DNA of 64,000 nucleotides from Bdellovibrionales bacterium (GTDB lineage Bacteria; Bdellovibrionota; Bdellovibrionia; Bdellovibrionales; UBA1609): NCBI GenBank assembly GCA_014323935.1, contig JACOND010000001.1, positions 30,348 to 94,347 of the forward strand, read 5' to 3'. Shown piece by piece: positions 28,468 to 37,165 of this stretch (position 1 is its first letter; each line of letters starts with the position of its first letter). The notes under the pieces were generated by a model. It saw only the letters and a program-made list of their open reading frames with translations, ran no database searches and was not told where the DNA came from. The position numbers and the translations under genes were made by a program.

Positions 28468-29544
28468 TCAAATTATTAAATCTTGTCTAAAAAAATCTTC
28501 TACCATATTTTTTTGTAATAAATTCATTTTAGGTAGTTTATCTAAAAGAGTTTTTTCTTTTTTAAAGCTTATTTTATAAACCTGATGTGATTTTATTTTT
28601 TCTAAAATAAAATCATCAGAACACTTAAGTTGATCAACCAAACCTTTTTTTAAAGCTTCTTCAGCTAACCAAACTTCTCCTGTTGCAACTTCTTCTAAAT
28701 TAATGTTTCTATATTTTTTCACAAAATTTTTAAATTGAGTATGAACAAGATTTAATTGTTCCTGAAGTTGTTTCTTTTTCTCTTCTGTAACTTTTCCCAT
28801 AGGGGTTACAGTTCTTTTATATTTTCCAGCTGTAAATTCTTCATAAGAAATATCATTTTTTTTAAGAAAATCATGAATATTAGGAACTCCACAAAACACA
28901 CCAATAGAACCAACCATTGCAAAAGGAGAAGCTAGTATTTTATTTCCAATACAAGCCATCAAATAACCTCCACTTCCTGCAACTTCATCGACACAAACAG
29001 TTAAAGGAATTTGATTATTTCTAAGTCTTTGAAGTTGGTTGGCAGCTAAACCATAATGAGAAACACTTCCTCCACGACTATTTAAAAGAAGAACAACTTC
29101 ATCTTCTTTTTTAAAGAGTTTGATTATAAGAGAAATTTCTTCTCTGAGATGCTTAACTTCAGAGGCCATGATATCTCCTTTAAAAGAGAGTACAAAAAGC
29201 TTAGGAGACTTTTTTAAAGATAACTCTTTTGTTGAAGATTTAGAAAAACCCTTTTTCCAAAAAGATTTTTTCTTAGAATGGGAAGCTTTTTTTTGAATTA
29301 AGTAGTTTTTCAATTCTTTTTTATTGAGTGTTTTATGATAAAATTGATTTTCATATTTTTCATATTTTTCTTTTAGATTCTCAATTTTTATTTTTCTTTT
29401 ATCCAAAGAAGGTTTAATTTTCTGAAGAATTTTTACACATAAAGCAAAAGCAATGACTATGATAATAGCTTTCAAACCAAATTCTAAGACATCTCCTAGA
29501 AAAATTCCAAGCCATATAAAAAAATCGAAGACTTTTTCTAACAT
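28468..29544 (-). CDS. sohB: S49-family membrane protease (SohB/SppA-like)
   Basis: 358 aa with an N-terminal TM segment. The peptidase S49 blocks are LLLNSRGGSVSHYG and DEVAGSGGYLMAC. Confidence 0.75.
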   Translation of the reverse strand: MLEKVFDFFIWLGIFLGDVLEFGLKAIIIVIAFALCVKILQKIKPSLDKRKIKIENLKEKYEKYENQFYHKTLNKKELKNYLIQKKASHSKKKSFWKKGFSKSSTKELSLKKSPKLFVLSFKGDIMASEVKHLREEISLIIKLFKKEDEVVLLLNSRGGSVSHYGLAANQLQRLRNNQIPLTVCVDEVAGSGGYLMACIGNKILASPFAMVGSIGVFCGVPNIHDFLKKNDISYEEFTAGKYKRTVTPMGKVTEEKKKQLQEQLNLVHTQFKNFVKKYRNINLEEVATGEVWLAEEALKKGLVDQLKCSDDFILEKIKSHQVYKISFKKEKTLLDKLPKMNLLQKNMVEDFFRQDLII

Positions 29545-29706
29545 AATTTTTGATATATATTAAATATCTATCTTTTAATCAAGTCCTTTATTATGTTCTT
29601 ATGTAAAATTTAAGAAGCTTATTTTATAAACTCAGTTTTTAGTGTTTCTAGTACATAAATTTTGCATTTATAGAATTTGTTCCCTTGTATTTTTAAAATA
29701 TCTTTA

Positions 29707-29732
29707 GAATAACTGATTCTAAAAAGTTATTC
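29707..29732. promoter_or_regulatory. Palindrome GAATAACT-N10-AGTTATTC, third instance of the AATAACT/AGTTATT motif
   Basis: This is a perfect 8-bp inverted repeat. It lies 120 bp 3' of the ankyrin gene at 29853-30356 and about 165 bp 5' of sohB. The same arms occur at 24591-24611 and 27364-27384. Confidence 0.35.
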
Positions 29733-29852
29733 TCGAGGGGGTATTATTAATTTTTTCGCATTTACGGATTTATAAACTCTTAATAAAGAAAGTTTCAAGA
29801 AAATTAGGTTTTCCTTTGAAAGAGAAGAAATGAAATACATCTTACAAGTGAT

Positions 29853-30356
29853 TTACCAGAAGAGGGAATCAAAGGAAAAAAATGAAAAGAAACCATCATC
29901 CTGCTTCTGAAGTTCCCGAAGAACCTTGGCTTTAAGCTTTTTTGGAACATGTTTTTTATAATTATGAAATGCGTCTTCAAGAATTTTTTTATGATGACTG
30001 TCATCATACAGATAAGAAATGAAAGAAAAAGCCGTTTCTTTGAAAACATCATCTTTTAAAGATGTATCTGCTCCTTCATCTATTAAGATTGCTACAATGT
30101 GAGGGCAAGCAGTACTTAAAACAGCTAGATGCAAAGCTGTCCTTCCAACAGAATCTTTTGCATTTACATCTGCTCCCCTTAAAAGAAGAGAATATAAATC
30201 CTTAGGATTACAAGCCATAGCGACATAATGCAATTCTGTAAGTCCATGTTTATCTTTTGTATTTACATCGGCTTCGGATGGATATCCAGCAAAAAAGGGA
30301 AAGGACACTAAGTATACCCTCCTTATTTTTAACAAAAATTTTTGAAAAGCTTTCAT
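29853..30356 (-). CDS. Ankyrin-repeat protein
   Basis: 167 aa with at least two canonical ANK repeats: HGLTELHYVAMACNPKDLYSLLLRGADVNAKD and GRTALHLAVLSTACPHIVAILIDEGADTSLKD. No clear signal peptide is present. Confidence 0.75.
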   Translation of the reverse strand: MKAFQKFLLKIRRVYLVSFPFFAGYPSEADVNTKDKHGLTELHYVAMACNPKDLYSLLLRGADVNAKDSVGRTALHLAVLSTACPHIVAILIDEGADTSLKDDVFKETAFSFISYLYDDSHHKKILEDAFHNYKKHVPKKLKAKVLRELQKQDDGFFSFFSFDSLFW

Positions 30357-30420
30357 ATTACCCCTTTTCTTCTTTCTTTAGGAGACTAGTAAATAAAAAA
30401 ATCAATATAATTAGAGATTC

Positions 30421-31914
30421 TTACAAATCTATAAATTTAGATAATCTCAAGTGCCACTCACTCCCTTCAGAAGTATCCTTAACTTCAATATTCCATAAAT
30501 CTAATTGTTTTCTCAAGGCATCTGACTTTTTAAAATTCTTTTTTTGCCTAGCTAGATTTCTTTCTTGAACTATCTGATCAATTTGCTTTCTTTTGATGTC
30601 TTTTTGTTCTAAGAATTTATCTTCTAATGTTTTAAAAAATAGAGACGGATTTTCCTGAAATAAAGATAAAGGTTTCCCATATCTTTTAAAAAAACTCAGA
30701 TACTCTTGAGCTATTTGAATTTTAGAAGGATTATGTTTATCTTGAATCTCCTTTTTAAAGAGATGGAAGAGAGAAAAAAACACAGCAAAAGCTTTAGGTG
30801 TTGCAAAATCATCATTAAAAGCTTCTTGAATGTCTTGCTTTGCTGACTGAAGTTTTTGTTTAAAAGTTTTTAAATTTTTCGATGTCCCATTTGCTAATAA
30901 TTTTTGAGTGCTTTTTTTTATTTTATCAGCTTCTACAAAACTTGAGTATAACTTCAATAAAGACACAAGAGCTTGTTCTAATGTCTTTTTTGAAAACTGT
31001 AAAGGAGAGCGATAATGACAAGATAGAATTAAAAATTTAAAGAGTTCTGCAGGATAATTTTTTAAAAAAGACCGCATTGAGATCATATTTCCTAAAGATT
31101 TAGACATTTTGTTTCCTTCAGTCACAATCATGTTATTGTGCATCCAAAACCGAACGTATTTTTTTCCCGTCAAACCTGAAGATTGAGCTATTTCATTTTC
31201 ATGATGAGGAAAAATTAAGTCGGAACCTCCCCCATGAATATCAATTTCTTCTCCTAAAAATTTATGAATCATAGCTGTGCATTCAATATGCCAGCCGGGA
31301 CGCCCTTTCCCCCAAGGACTTTCAAAATACCAGGTTTCCTTTTTTTTTGTCTTTTTCCAAAGTGCAAAATCCAAGGGATTTTTCTTACCAGGCTCGTTTT
31401 CAACCCTTGTCTCTGAAAGTAATTCTTCTGTGTTTCTATTACTTAGCTGGCCGTATTCTTTAAACGAAGATATAGAATAAAATACATTACCATCAACTTC
31501 ATAAGCTTTGTTTTTTTTTATAAGCTTCTCAATTAAACGAATGATTTCTTTAAGAGTTTGAGTCGCTCTAGGATGATGCGTCGGGCTTTTTAACTTTAAA
31601 TTTTGATAGTCTTTTTTAAATTCAAGAATATATTTTTCTGCTAGTTTTTGTGGAGATAAAGATTCTTCTTTAGAGCGATTTAGAATTTTATCATCAATAT
31701 CGGTAAAATTATAAACATAATCTACTTTATAACCCAGAAATTCTAACCAATTACGAACAAAATTAAAAAAAACAGCTCCTCTAAAATTTCCAATATGAAG
31801 ATAATCATAAACTGTAGGACCACAGCAATACATTCTAACATAACCGGGGCTTAAAGACTCAAAAAGCTTTTTTTTTCCTTTTTCTGTATCATAAATTTTT
31901 AGATCTTTTTTCAT
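30421..31914 (-). CDS. cysS: Cysteine--tRNA ligase
   Basis: It has the HIGH-type motif (YDYLHIGNFRG) and KMSKS. I place the start at the ATG at 31914 (MKKDLKIYDT) by alignment to CysS N-termini. The ORF track extends to a TTG at 31947, which would overlap the ferredoxin gene. Confidence 0.9.
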   Translation of the reverse strand: MKKDLKIYDTEKGKKKLFESLSPGYVRMYCCGPTVYDYLHIGNFRGAVFFNFVRNWLEFLGYKVDYVYNFTDIDDKILNRSKEESLSPQKLAEKYILEFKKDYQNLKLKSPTHHPRATQTLKEIIRLIEKLIKKNKAYEVDGNVFYSISSFKEYGQLSNRNTEELLSETRVENEPGKKNPLDFALWKKTKKKETWYFESPWGKGRPGWHIECTAMIHKFLGEEIDIHGGGSDLIFPHHENEIAQSSGLTGKKYVRFWMHNNMIVTEGNKMSKSLGNMISMRSFLKNYPAELFKFLILSCHYRSPLQFSKKTLEQALVSLLKLYSSFVEADKIKKSTQKLLANGTSKNLKTFKQKLQSAKQDIQEAFNDDFATPKAFAVFFSLFHLFKKEIQDKHNPSKIQIAQEYLSFFKRYGKPLSLFQENPSLFFKTLEDKFLEQKDIKRKQIDQIVQERNLARQKKNFKKSDALRKQLDLWNIEVKDTSEGSEWHLRLSKFIDL

Positions 31915-31924
31915 AACTGTTTTT

Positions 31925-32161
31925 TTAACTTTCTCCATCACTTCCAATGGCTTCGACAGGACAAGCTTCTAAAGCTTCTTGACAAATTTCTTTTTCCTCT
32001 TTTGTTTCAGGTTGTTTATAAACATAAGTAAAAGAATCATCTTCATTGGTTTTGAAATGATTTTCAGCAACTAAAATACAGGCATCACAGTTAATGCATT
32101 CCTTATCTACATAAAAAGCTCCTGGGACATTTTCAGAGTACTTATTATTTTTATCTGCCAT
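31925..32161 (-). CDS. Small ferredoxin (single Fe-S cluster type)
   Basis: 78 aa with the Cys pattern CINCDAC...CP (CINCDACILV...ACPVEAI). Confidence 0.8.
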   Translation of the reverse strand: MADKNNKYSENVPGAFYVDKECINCDACILVAENHFKTNEDDSFTYVYKQPETKEEKEICQEALEACPVEAIGSDGES

Positions 32162-32234
32162 CTGATGATTTTAACATAATTTTTTTTTTTGTATAGCTAT
32201 TTTAAAAAACTTAAAAAAATCTTCTCTCTTATTT

Positions 32235-32978
32235 TTACTTTATTTTTTTAAAATACAAAAAAAACAATTGTTGAAATAAAAAAATAAAACCATCTTGCAA
32301 AACATGAAGTTTAGAAGTTCCTTTTCTTTCCTTATAGGAAATATTTATTTCTTGAAAAGGAATTTTATAGCGAACACAGTAACTGGTCAAAGCTATTGAA
32401 AAACTGAGATCATTAGGGAAAAAAGAAATACTATTAGAAAACTTCTTCTTTTTTAAAAGGCGAAACCCACTACAAGGATCAGATACTTTTTTTAAAGTTA
32501 AAAGAAAAAAAATTATTTGATAAAACCGATTTCCTAAAAGTCGAAGGAATGGAATTTTACTCTTTTTATTCAAGCGATTGCCCCATATAATATCTAAGTC
32601 TTTACTTTTAGCTAAATCTATTAGTTTTTCTAAATCGGAAGGCTGACAGCTAGAATCTAAATCACAAAAAGCAAACCAATCTCCTTGAGATTCTTGAAAG
32701 GCTTTTTTTAAAACAGCTCCATAGCCTTTTTGTTTTTTTAATGAAAAAAGTTTAATTTGAGGAACATATTCTTGTAATAACTTTATGGATTTGTCCTCAG
32801 AGGCATCATCTATAACTATAATTTCTAATTGTTGCTTCGTTTTATTCAATTTTTTTTGAAGTTCAATAGCCTTAGGTAAAACATCAGAAATAGCCTTTTC
32901 TTCATTATGACAAGGAAATACTAAACTTATAAACATAAAACTATAGTCTTGTTTTAAAGCTTTTTTACTACAAAGCAA
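32235..32978 (-). CDS. Family 2 glycosyltransferase
   Basis: It has the GT-A N-terminus ISLVFPCHNEE and IVIDDASEDKS. The start is uncertain: either the TTG at 32978 or the ATG at 32936 (MFISLVF). Confidence 0.75.
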   Translation of the reverse strand: MLCSKKALKQDYSFMFISLVFPCHNEEKAISDVLPKAIELQKKLNKTKQQLEIIVIDDASEDKSIKLLQEYVPQIKLFSLKKQKGYGAVLKKAFQESQGDWFAFCDLDSSCQPSDLEKLIDLAKSKDLDIIWGNRLNKKSKIPFLRLLGNRFYQIIFFLLTLKKVSDPCSGFRLLKKKKFSNSISFFPNDLSFSIALTSYCVRYKIPFQEINISYKERKGTSKLHVLQDGFIFLFQQLFFLYFKKIK

Positions 32979-33031
32979 GTAAAAAAAAATTCTTTCAAAT
33001 AGAATACAAAAAAGAAAAAAAAAGATCTAAA

Positions 33032-34486
33032 ATGTTAAATTTGAGAGAAAAAGATAAATTCCCTGATGTAAAAACAGACAGTTCTTTTCTAAAATTTTGT
33101 TTTGATCTCTCCTTAACAACTCATTTGCAATCTTTTTTATTGACTGTCAGATCCTCTCTTCCCAAAAAATTTAGAACAGGAGAGGGAATTTTATTTTATA
33201 AATGCCAATTTTTAGGTTTAAGACGAGCTTATATAAAAAAAACAAGCTTTTATGAGCAATCTGTTAAAAATAAATGGTCAAATTTTAAATTCATTCGTTT
33301 TTCTAATCCAAAAGAAAATCTTTATTTATCTAGAGAGTTAGGACGTCCTTTTTTCAATACTTTAATTATTCCTTTTTCTTCTTTAGAAGCTGTTTTGTTT
33401 CTAGAACTAGAGCAAACAGATTCTTCAAAAGAGCTTATTGAGTTTTTTCAAAATAAAAAATTATTTCTAGAACAGCATTTTATAAAAATTTATAAAAGCA
33501 ATCAACTCCATAGAAGTTCTTATCTTTGGAGGCAATTATTTTTAAATTGGAAAGAACCTTTAGCAGTTTTAAAGGATTTTAAAGTTCTTAATAAAAACAC
33601 TTCTTTTGAGAAGGCTATCTCACAACCTGAGGTCTTTTTTAAAAAGAAACAGCGAACTGGATGCCTTAAAGTCAAAAATAAAACCTATCAGTTATTTTAT
33701 TATCCTCTTAGTGAATCCTTAGGATTACTCTATGCTCAGGATATGACAAAATATTTTTTATTAAAAGGATATCTTTTTCAAAAAAGTAAAATGCTTGAAC
33801 TCTTCAAGCTGGGGGAAAATATGTCCCATCAGTTGAATAATCCCTTAGCCGGTGTAAAAGCTATGACTCAAATTTTAAATTTGAATCCAAAGTTAGCAGA
33901 TTTCCAAAAAGAATTTCAAGAATTAGAAAAAGCCATTGAACGATCTCAAAGAATCATTGAAAGTTTTTTGTCCTTTTCTAAGGAGAAATCAGAAATTAAA
34001 AGTTGTGACTTAAATGAAGTGATTCAAAACACTTTTCCTTTGTTAAAAAGTATGACCAAAAATATCCAGTTACAAATAAATCTTTATAACAAACCCTTAA
34101 AAGTAAAAGGAGATTTTGCTATATTACAACAAATTGTCTACAATTTAATTTTAAATGCCTGTCAAGCTTTGAGAGAAGATAAAAAAAATCTAACCCCTCA
34201 ACTAACAATTACAACAGATCAAATTTCTGAAGATAAAGTCTGTGTGAAAGTAAAAGATAATGGTATAGGAATATCTGAAGATCACTTAGATAAAATTTTT
34301 CAACCACTTTGGACAAACAAGAAAAAAGGAACAGGGTTTGGTTTAGGAATTACAAAAAAATTTGTTGAAAAATGCAAAGGAAATATTTTTGTATCCAGTC
34401 AAGAAAAAAAACAAACATGTTTTACAGTGATTCTACCTTTATATCATCCTAAAAATCTAATTGATATAATAGAGTCTAGTTTGTAA
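33032..34486 (+). CDS. Sensor histidine kinase (cytoplasmic, unknown N-terminal sensor region)
   Basis: It has the H-box MSHQLNNPLAGV, N-box LILNACQA, G1 DNGIGI and G2 GTGFGLGI. No obvious TM segments are present. Confidence 0.85.
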   Translation: MLNLREKDKFPDVKTDSSFLKFCFDLSLTTHLQSFLLTVRSSLPKKFRTGEGILFYKCQFLGLRRAYIKKTSFYEQSVKNKWSNFKFIRFSNPKENLYLSRELGRPFFNTLIIPFSSLEAVLFLELEQTDSSKELIEFFQNKKLFLEQHFIKIYKSNQLHRSSYLWRQLFLNWKEPLAVLKDFKVLNKNTSFEKAISQPEVFFKKKQRTGCLKVKNKTYQLFYYPLSESLGLLYAQDMTKYFLLKGYLFQKSKMLELFKLGENMSHQLNNPLAGVKAMTQILNLNPKLADFQKEFQELEKAIERSQRIIESFLSFSKEKSEIKSCDLNEVIQNTFPLLKSMTKNIQLQINLYNKPLKVKGDFAILQQIVYNLILNACQALREDKKNLTPQLTITTDQISEDKVCVKVKDNGIGISEDHLDKIFQPLWTNKKKGTGFGLGITKKFVEKCKGNIFVSSQEKKQTCFTVILPLYHPKNLIDIIESSL

Positions 34487-34537
34487 ATTTTAGATTTTTT
34501 TAAATTTAAAAATCGAAGGTCAAAGAGAGTTTTAAGT

Positions 34538-34897
34538 ATGAAAACATTTAAGGTTTTTATTTTAGAGGACGAATATTTAATTACTCGTTCTCTTCAAATC
34601 ATATTAGAATCTATGGGACATCAAGTACAAAGCACCTCTAGCGGAGAAGAGGCTTTAAATTTATGGGGAAAATTTAAACCAGATCTTGCTTTTATTGATA
34701 TCTTATTACCTGGCATGAATGGCTTAGATTTTTTAAAGAAAAGACCTCAACATTTTTTAACAAAAATCGTTTTAATATCAGCTCATGATAATTTAAATGA
34801 AAAAGAACTTTTATCTCTAGGTGCTTGTTTATTTGTAAAAAAACCCTTTAAAAATATTTTTCAATTGGTGAAATCATCCCTTCAATTACTGAGCTAA
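34538..34897 (+). CDS. Stand-alone response-regulator receiver (CheY-like)
   Basis: 119 aa with the acidic pocket ILEDE, phospho-acceptor context LAFIDILLPGMNG, and conserved Lys in VKKPF. Confidence 0.85.
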   Translation: MKTFKVFILEDEYLITRSLQIILESMGHQVQSTSSGEEALNLWGKFKPDLAFIDILLPGMNGLDFLKKRPQHFLTKIVLISAHDNLNEKELLSLGACLFVKKPFKNIFQLVKSSLQLLS

Positions 34898-35392
34898 AAG
34901 ATGAATGTTTTTTAGCTGACGATACTGTTCTTGATGATCCATACCATAACCAAAAATATACCGATCTTCTGTTTCTATTCCAAAGTAATCTGATTGAAGA
35001 TCTAAATTTCTTTGTGAAGGTTTATCTATTAAAGTTACAATTTTAATAGATTTAGGCAAAGAAGCTTCTATTCGTTTTTTTAAGAAGAGAAGTTTAGTTC
35101 CTTCATTTAAAACTTCCTTTATAATTAAAACCTTTTTATTTTTAATAGGATTTGTAATATCTTTTGTAATAACAAAGCTATCTTTTGAACCTTCAATAAG
35201 AATAAAATCTATAATTACAGGAATTTTTAAAAAACGAACAAAATCAGCTAAAAAAAACACAGATCCTTTAAGAGGGCAAACTAAAAGCAAGGACTCTTTT
35301 TCATTTTTATAATCATGGTTGATCTGATCTGCGAGTCCTTTCACAAGATTTAAAATGTCTTTTTCATGTAAAAAAACAATTTTATGTTTCAT
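34886..35392 (-). CDS. hpt: Hypoxanthine phosphoribosyltransferase-like protein (divergent PRPP motif)
   Basis: It is colinear with Hpt (LLVCPLKGSVFF, LIDKPSQR, IFGYGMDHQEQYR). The PRPP loop reads VLIIKEVLNEGTK instead of VLIVEDIIDSGxT. The ATG at 35392 overlaps the bamD stop as ATGA, which supports this start. Confidence 0.7.
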   Translation of the reverse strand: MKHKIVFLHEKDILNLVKGLADQINHDYKNEKESLLLVCPLKGSVFFLADFVRFLKIPVIIDFILIEGSKDSFVITKDITNPIKNKKVLIIKEVLNEGTKLLFLKKRIEASLPKSIKIVTLIDKPSQRNLDLQSDYFGIETEDRYIFGYGMDHQEQYRQLKNIHLLAQ

Positions 35393-36123
35393 AAAATATT
35401 CCATTTGATTCGATCAAAAAAAGATCTATTTTTTAATTTTTTTGCAAATTTAGACCGAGGATACTCCTTTAAAAGTTCCGTTCTAAAAGGAGTTGAATCT
35501 TCTTTTATTTCCTCTGCTAATCTTACAGCTATTAAAAGAGCTTTTGGCTTCAAAGAACTTTTTGAGTATAAAGATAAAAAATCCTTTACTCTTTTAAAAC
35601 CCGCTTGATACCAACCTAATTTTTTAAAAAAAGAAATTGTTTCTAATTCTTTTTCCGCTTTTTTATTTAAAATTTCTTGTTTTAGTTTCAAAGCTTTTTC
35701 TTTATAAGGAGAATCTAAAGTTAAAAGCTTTGTTATTTCTAAAAGAGATTTATCAGCTACAGTTAAATCATAAGTCACTCTTGAAGGGATTTGATTTCTA
35801 TAACATAAAGCTATTTGGTAGATGACATAAGCTTGATCTGAGTTATAATAAAGTTTCTGATACTTTCTATACGAAAGTAGAGCTTGAGGGTATTTTTCTT
35901 GTTCAAAATAAATATCTGCTGTCATTAGAAGAGCTTTCTGATTATAAGAACTTTCAAAAAAATTCTGCCTTAATCTTAAAATATACTCTAAAGCTTTTTG
36001 ATAATTTTTATTTTTTTTATACTTTGTAGCTTTTTCAAAATAAACTTTAGGACTCTCTTTTTTTTCTGAAGTATGAGTGCAAGAAAATAAAAAAAAACTT
36101 GAAATTAAAATAAAAAAAGGCAT
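35389..36123 (-). CDS. bamD: Outer-membrane protein assembly factor BamD-like TPR lipoprotein
   Basis: 244 aa with lipobox FLFSC followed by TPR-like repeats (YQKALEYI..., YPQALLSYRKYQKLY...). Confidence 0.65.
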   Translation of the reverse strand: MPFFILISSFFLFSCTHTSEKKESPKVYFEKATKYKKNKNYQKALEYILRLRQNFFESSYNQKALLMTADIYFEQEKYPQALLSYRKYQKLYYNSDQAYVIYQIALCYRNQIPSRVTYDLTVADKSLLEITKLLTLDSPYKEKALKLKQEILNKKAEKELETISFFKKLGWYQAGFKRVKDFLSLYSKSSLKPKALLIAVRLAEEIKEDSTPFRTELLKEYPRSKFAKKLKNRSFFDRIKWNIL

Positions 36124-36184
36124 TCCATTTATTTTATGGATAAACTCTTTATTGTCAAATAAAATCAGAAAATAACTCTCTCTT

Positions 36185-37165
36185 TTAAGGCATTGAAAAA
36201 GTATTTAAAATGTGTTGAGCATAATCAGCTATAGCTTTATAAGAATGTTTGTGAGCTATTGATCTTAAAAGATTCAAAGTTCTTGGAACATATTTTAGAT
36301 GAGAATTTTTGTTATTTTCTAATTTAAAAGCACAAAAACGACCACAAGCTTTAAATCCTCTTTGTAAAAATTGAAGTTGAATCATTTTTTCTAAATGGGA
36401 GTATTTTTTTACTTTCTTTGCCAAAATAGGAGGGAGGTTTTGTAAGTAAAAAAGAGACATTTCTTTTTTATACTTTAAAGGAATGTAACTATCATATAGT
36501 AAGCTCGTTAAATCGTAAAACCAAGGTCCCTTACCAGAATCTTGAAAATCAATAATATAAATCTGTTGGTTTTTTAGCATTAAATTACGACTATGATAAT
36601 CTCTATGACAAAAAACAAAATCTTCTTCTCTTAATATAAATTCTAAGATATTTTGAAATTCTTTATTAAATTGACTCACCTTTTTCTTATCTATAAACCG
36701 AATTTTAGAAAATGTGAAAAGATATTTTTCTATGTCACAGATAGCTTGTTCTATTTCTTTTAAAAAAAAATCCTTATCAAAAGAAGGATCTTGCCGTTTG
36801 GTTGAAATTTTACTTTGAATTTGTATCAATTGTTTTAGAGCTTTCTGATAAAAAAAAAGGCTATTTATCTCTCCTTTTCTAAAATAAATAGACTCCAAAC
36901 TTTTATTACCTAAATCCTCTAAAAGCAGAAGTCCTTTCTTTAAATCATACTGAAAAAGTTGTGGAACTTTTACATAAGCTTTTAATCTGTTTTGAGTTTT
37001 TATAAATTTTTTTAAGCTTAAATCATACAAACCACAAGACATTAAAATAAAAGAATGATTTGCATTTTTGATGCGAGTATAATTACGATGTCCTCCATCT
37101 CCTTTTAGATCTTCATGTTGAAAATTTTTAAATTCTTTAAAATAAACTTTTAAAAATTCTTTCAT
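36185..37165 (-). CDS. Phosphotransferase-family kinase (APH fold, AmgK-like)
   Basis: 326 aa with the Brenner/catalytic block FCHRDYHSRNLML and IIDFQDSGKGPWFYDLTSLL, plus LLLEDLG. Confidence 0.7.
   Translation of the reverse strand: MKEFLKVYFKEFKNFQHEDLKGDGGHRNYTRIKNANHSFILMSCGLYDLSLKKFIKTQNRLKAYVKVPQLFQYDLKKGLLLLEDLGNKSLESIYFRKGEINSLFFYQKALKQLIQIQSKISTKRQDPSFDKDFFLKEIEQAICDIEKYLFTFSKIRFIDKKKVSQFNKEFQNILEFILREEDFVFCHRDYHSRNLMLKNQQIYIIDFQDSGKGPWFYDLTSLLYDSYIPLKYKKEMSLFYLQNLPPILAKKVKKYSHLEKMIQLQFLQRGFKACGRFCAFKLENNKNSHLKYVPRTLNLLRSIAHKHSYKAIADYAQHILNTFSMP

Noticed and set aside
29804-30568. ORFs 29804-30052 (-) and 30257-30568 (+)
   Set aside because: They are alternative-frame or antisense overlaps of the ANK gene and the cysS 3' end. 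They are hydrophobic and low-complexity, as is typical of AT-rich shadow ORFs.
35384-35825. ORFs 35384-35608 (+) and 35637-35825 (+)
   Set aside because: Both are antisense to the BamD-like gene, which has a lipobox and TPR pattern. They have no motifs of their own.
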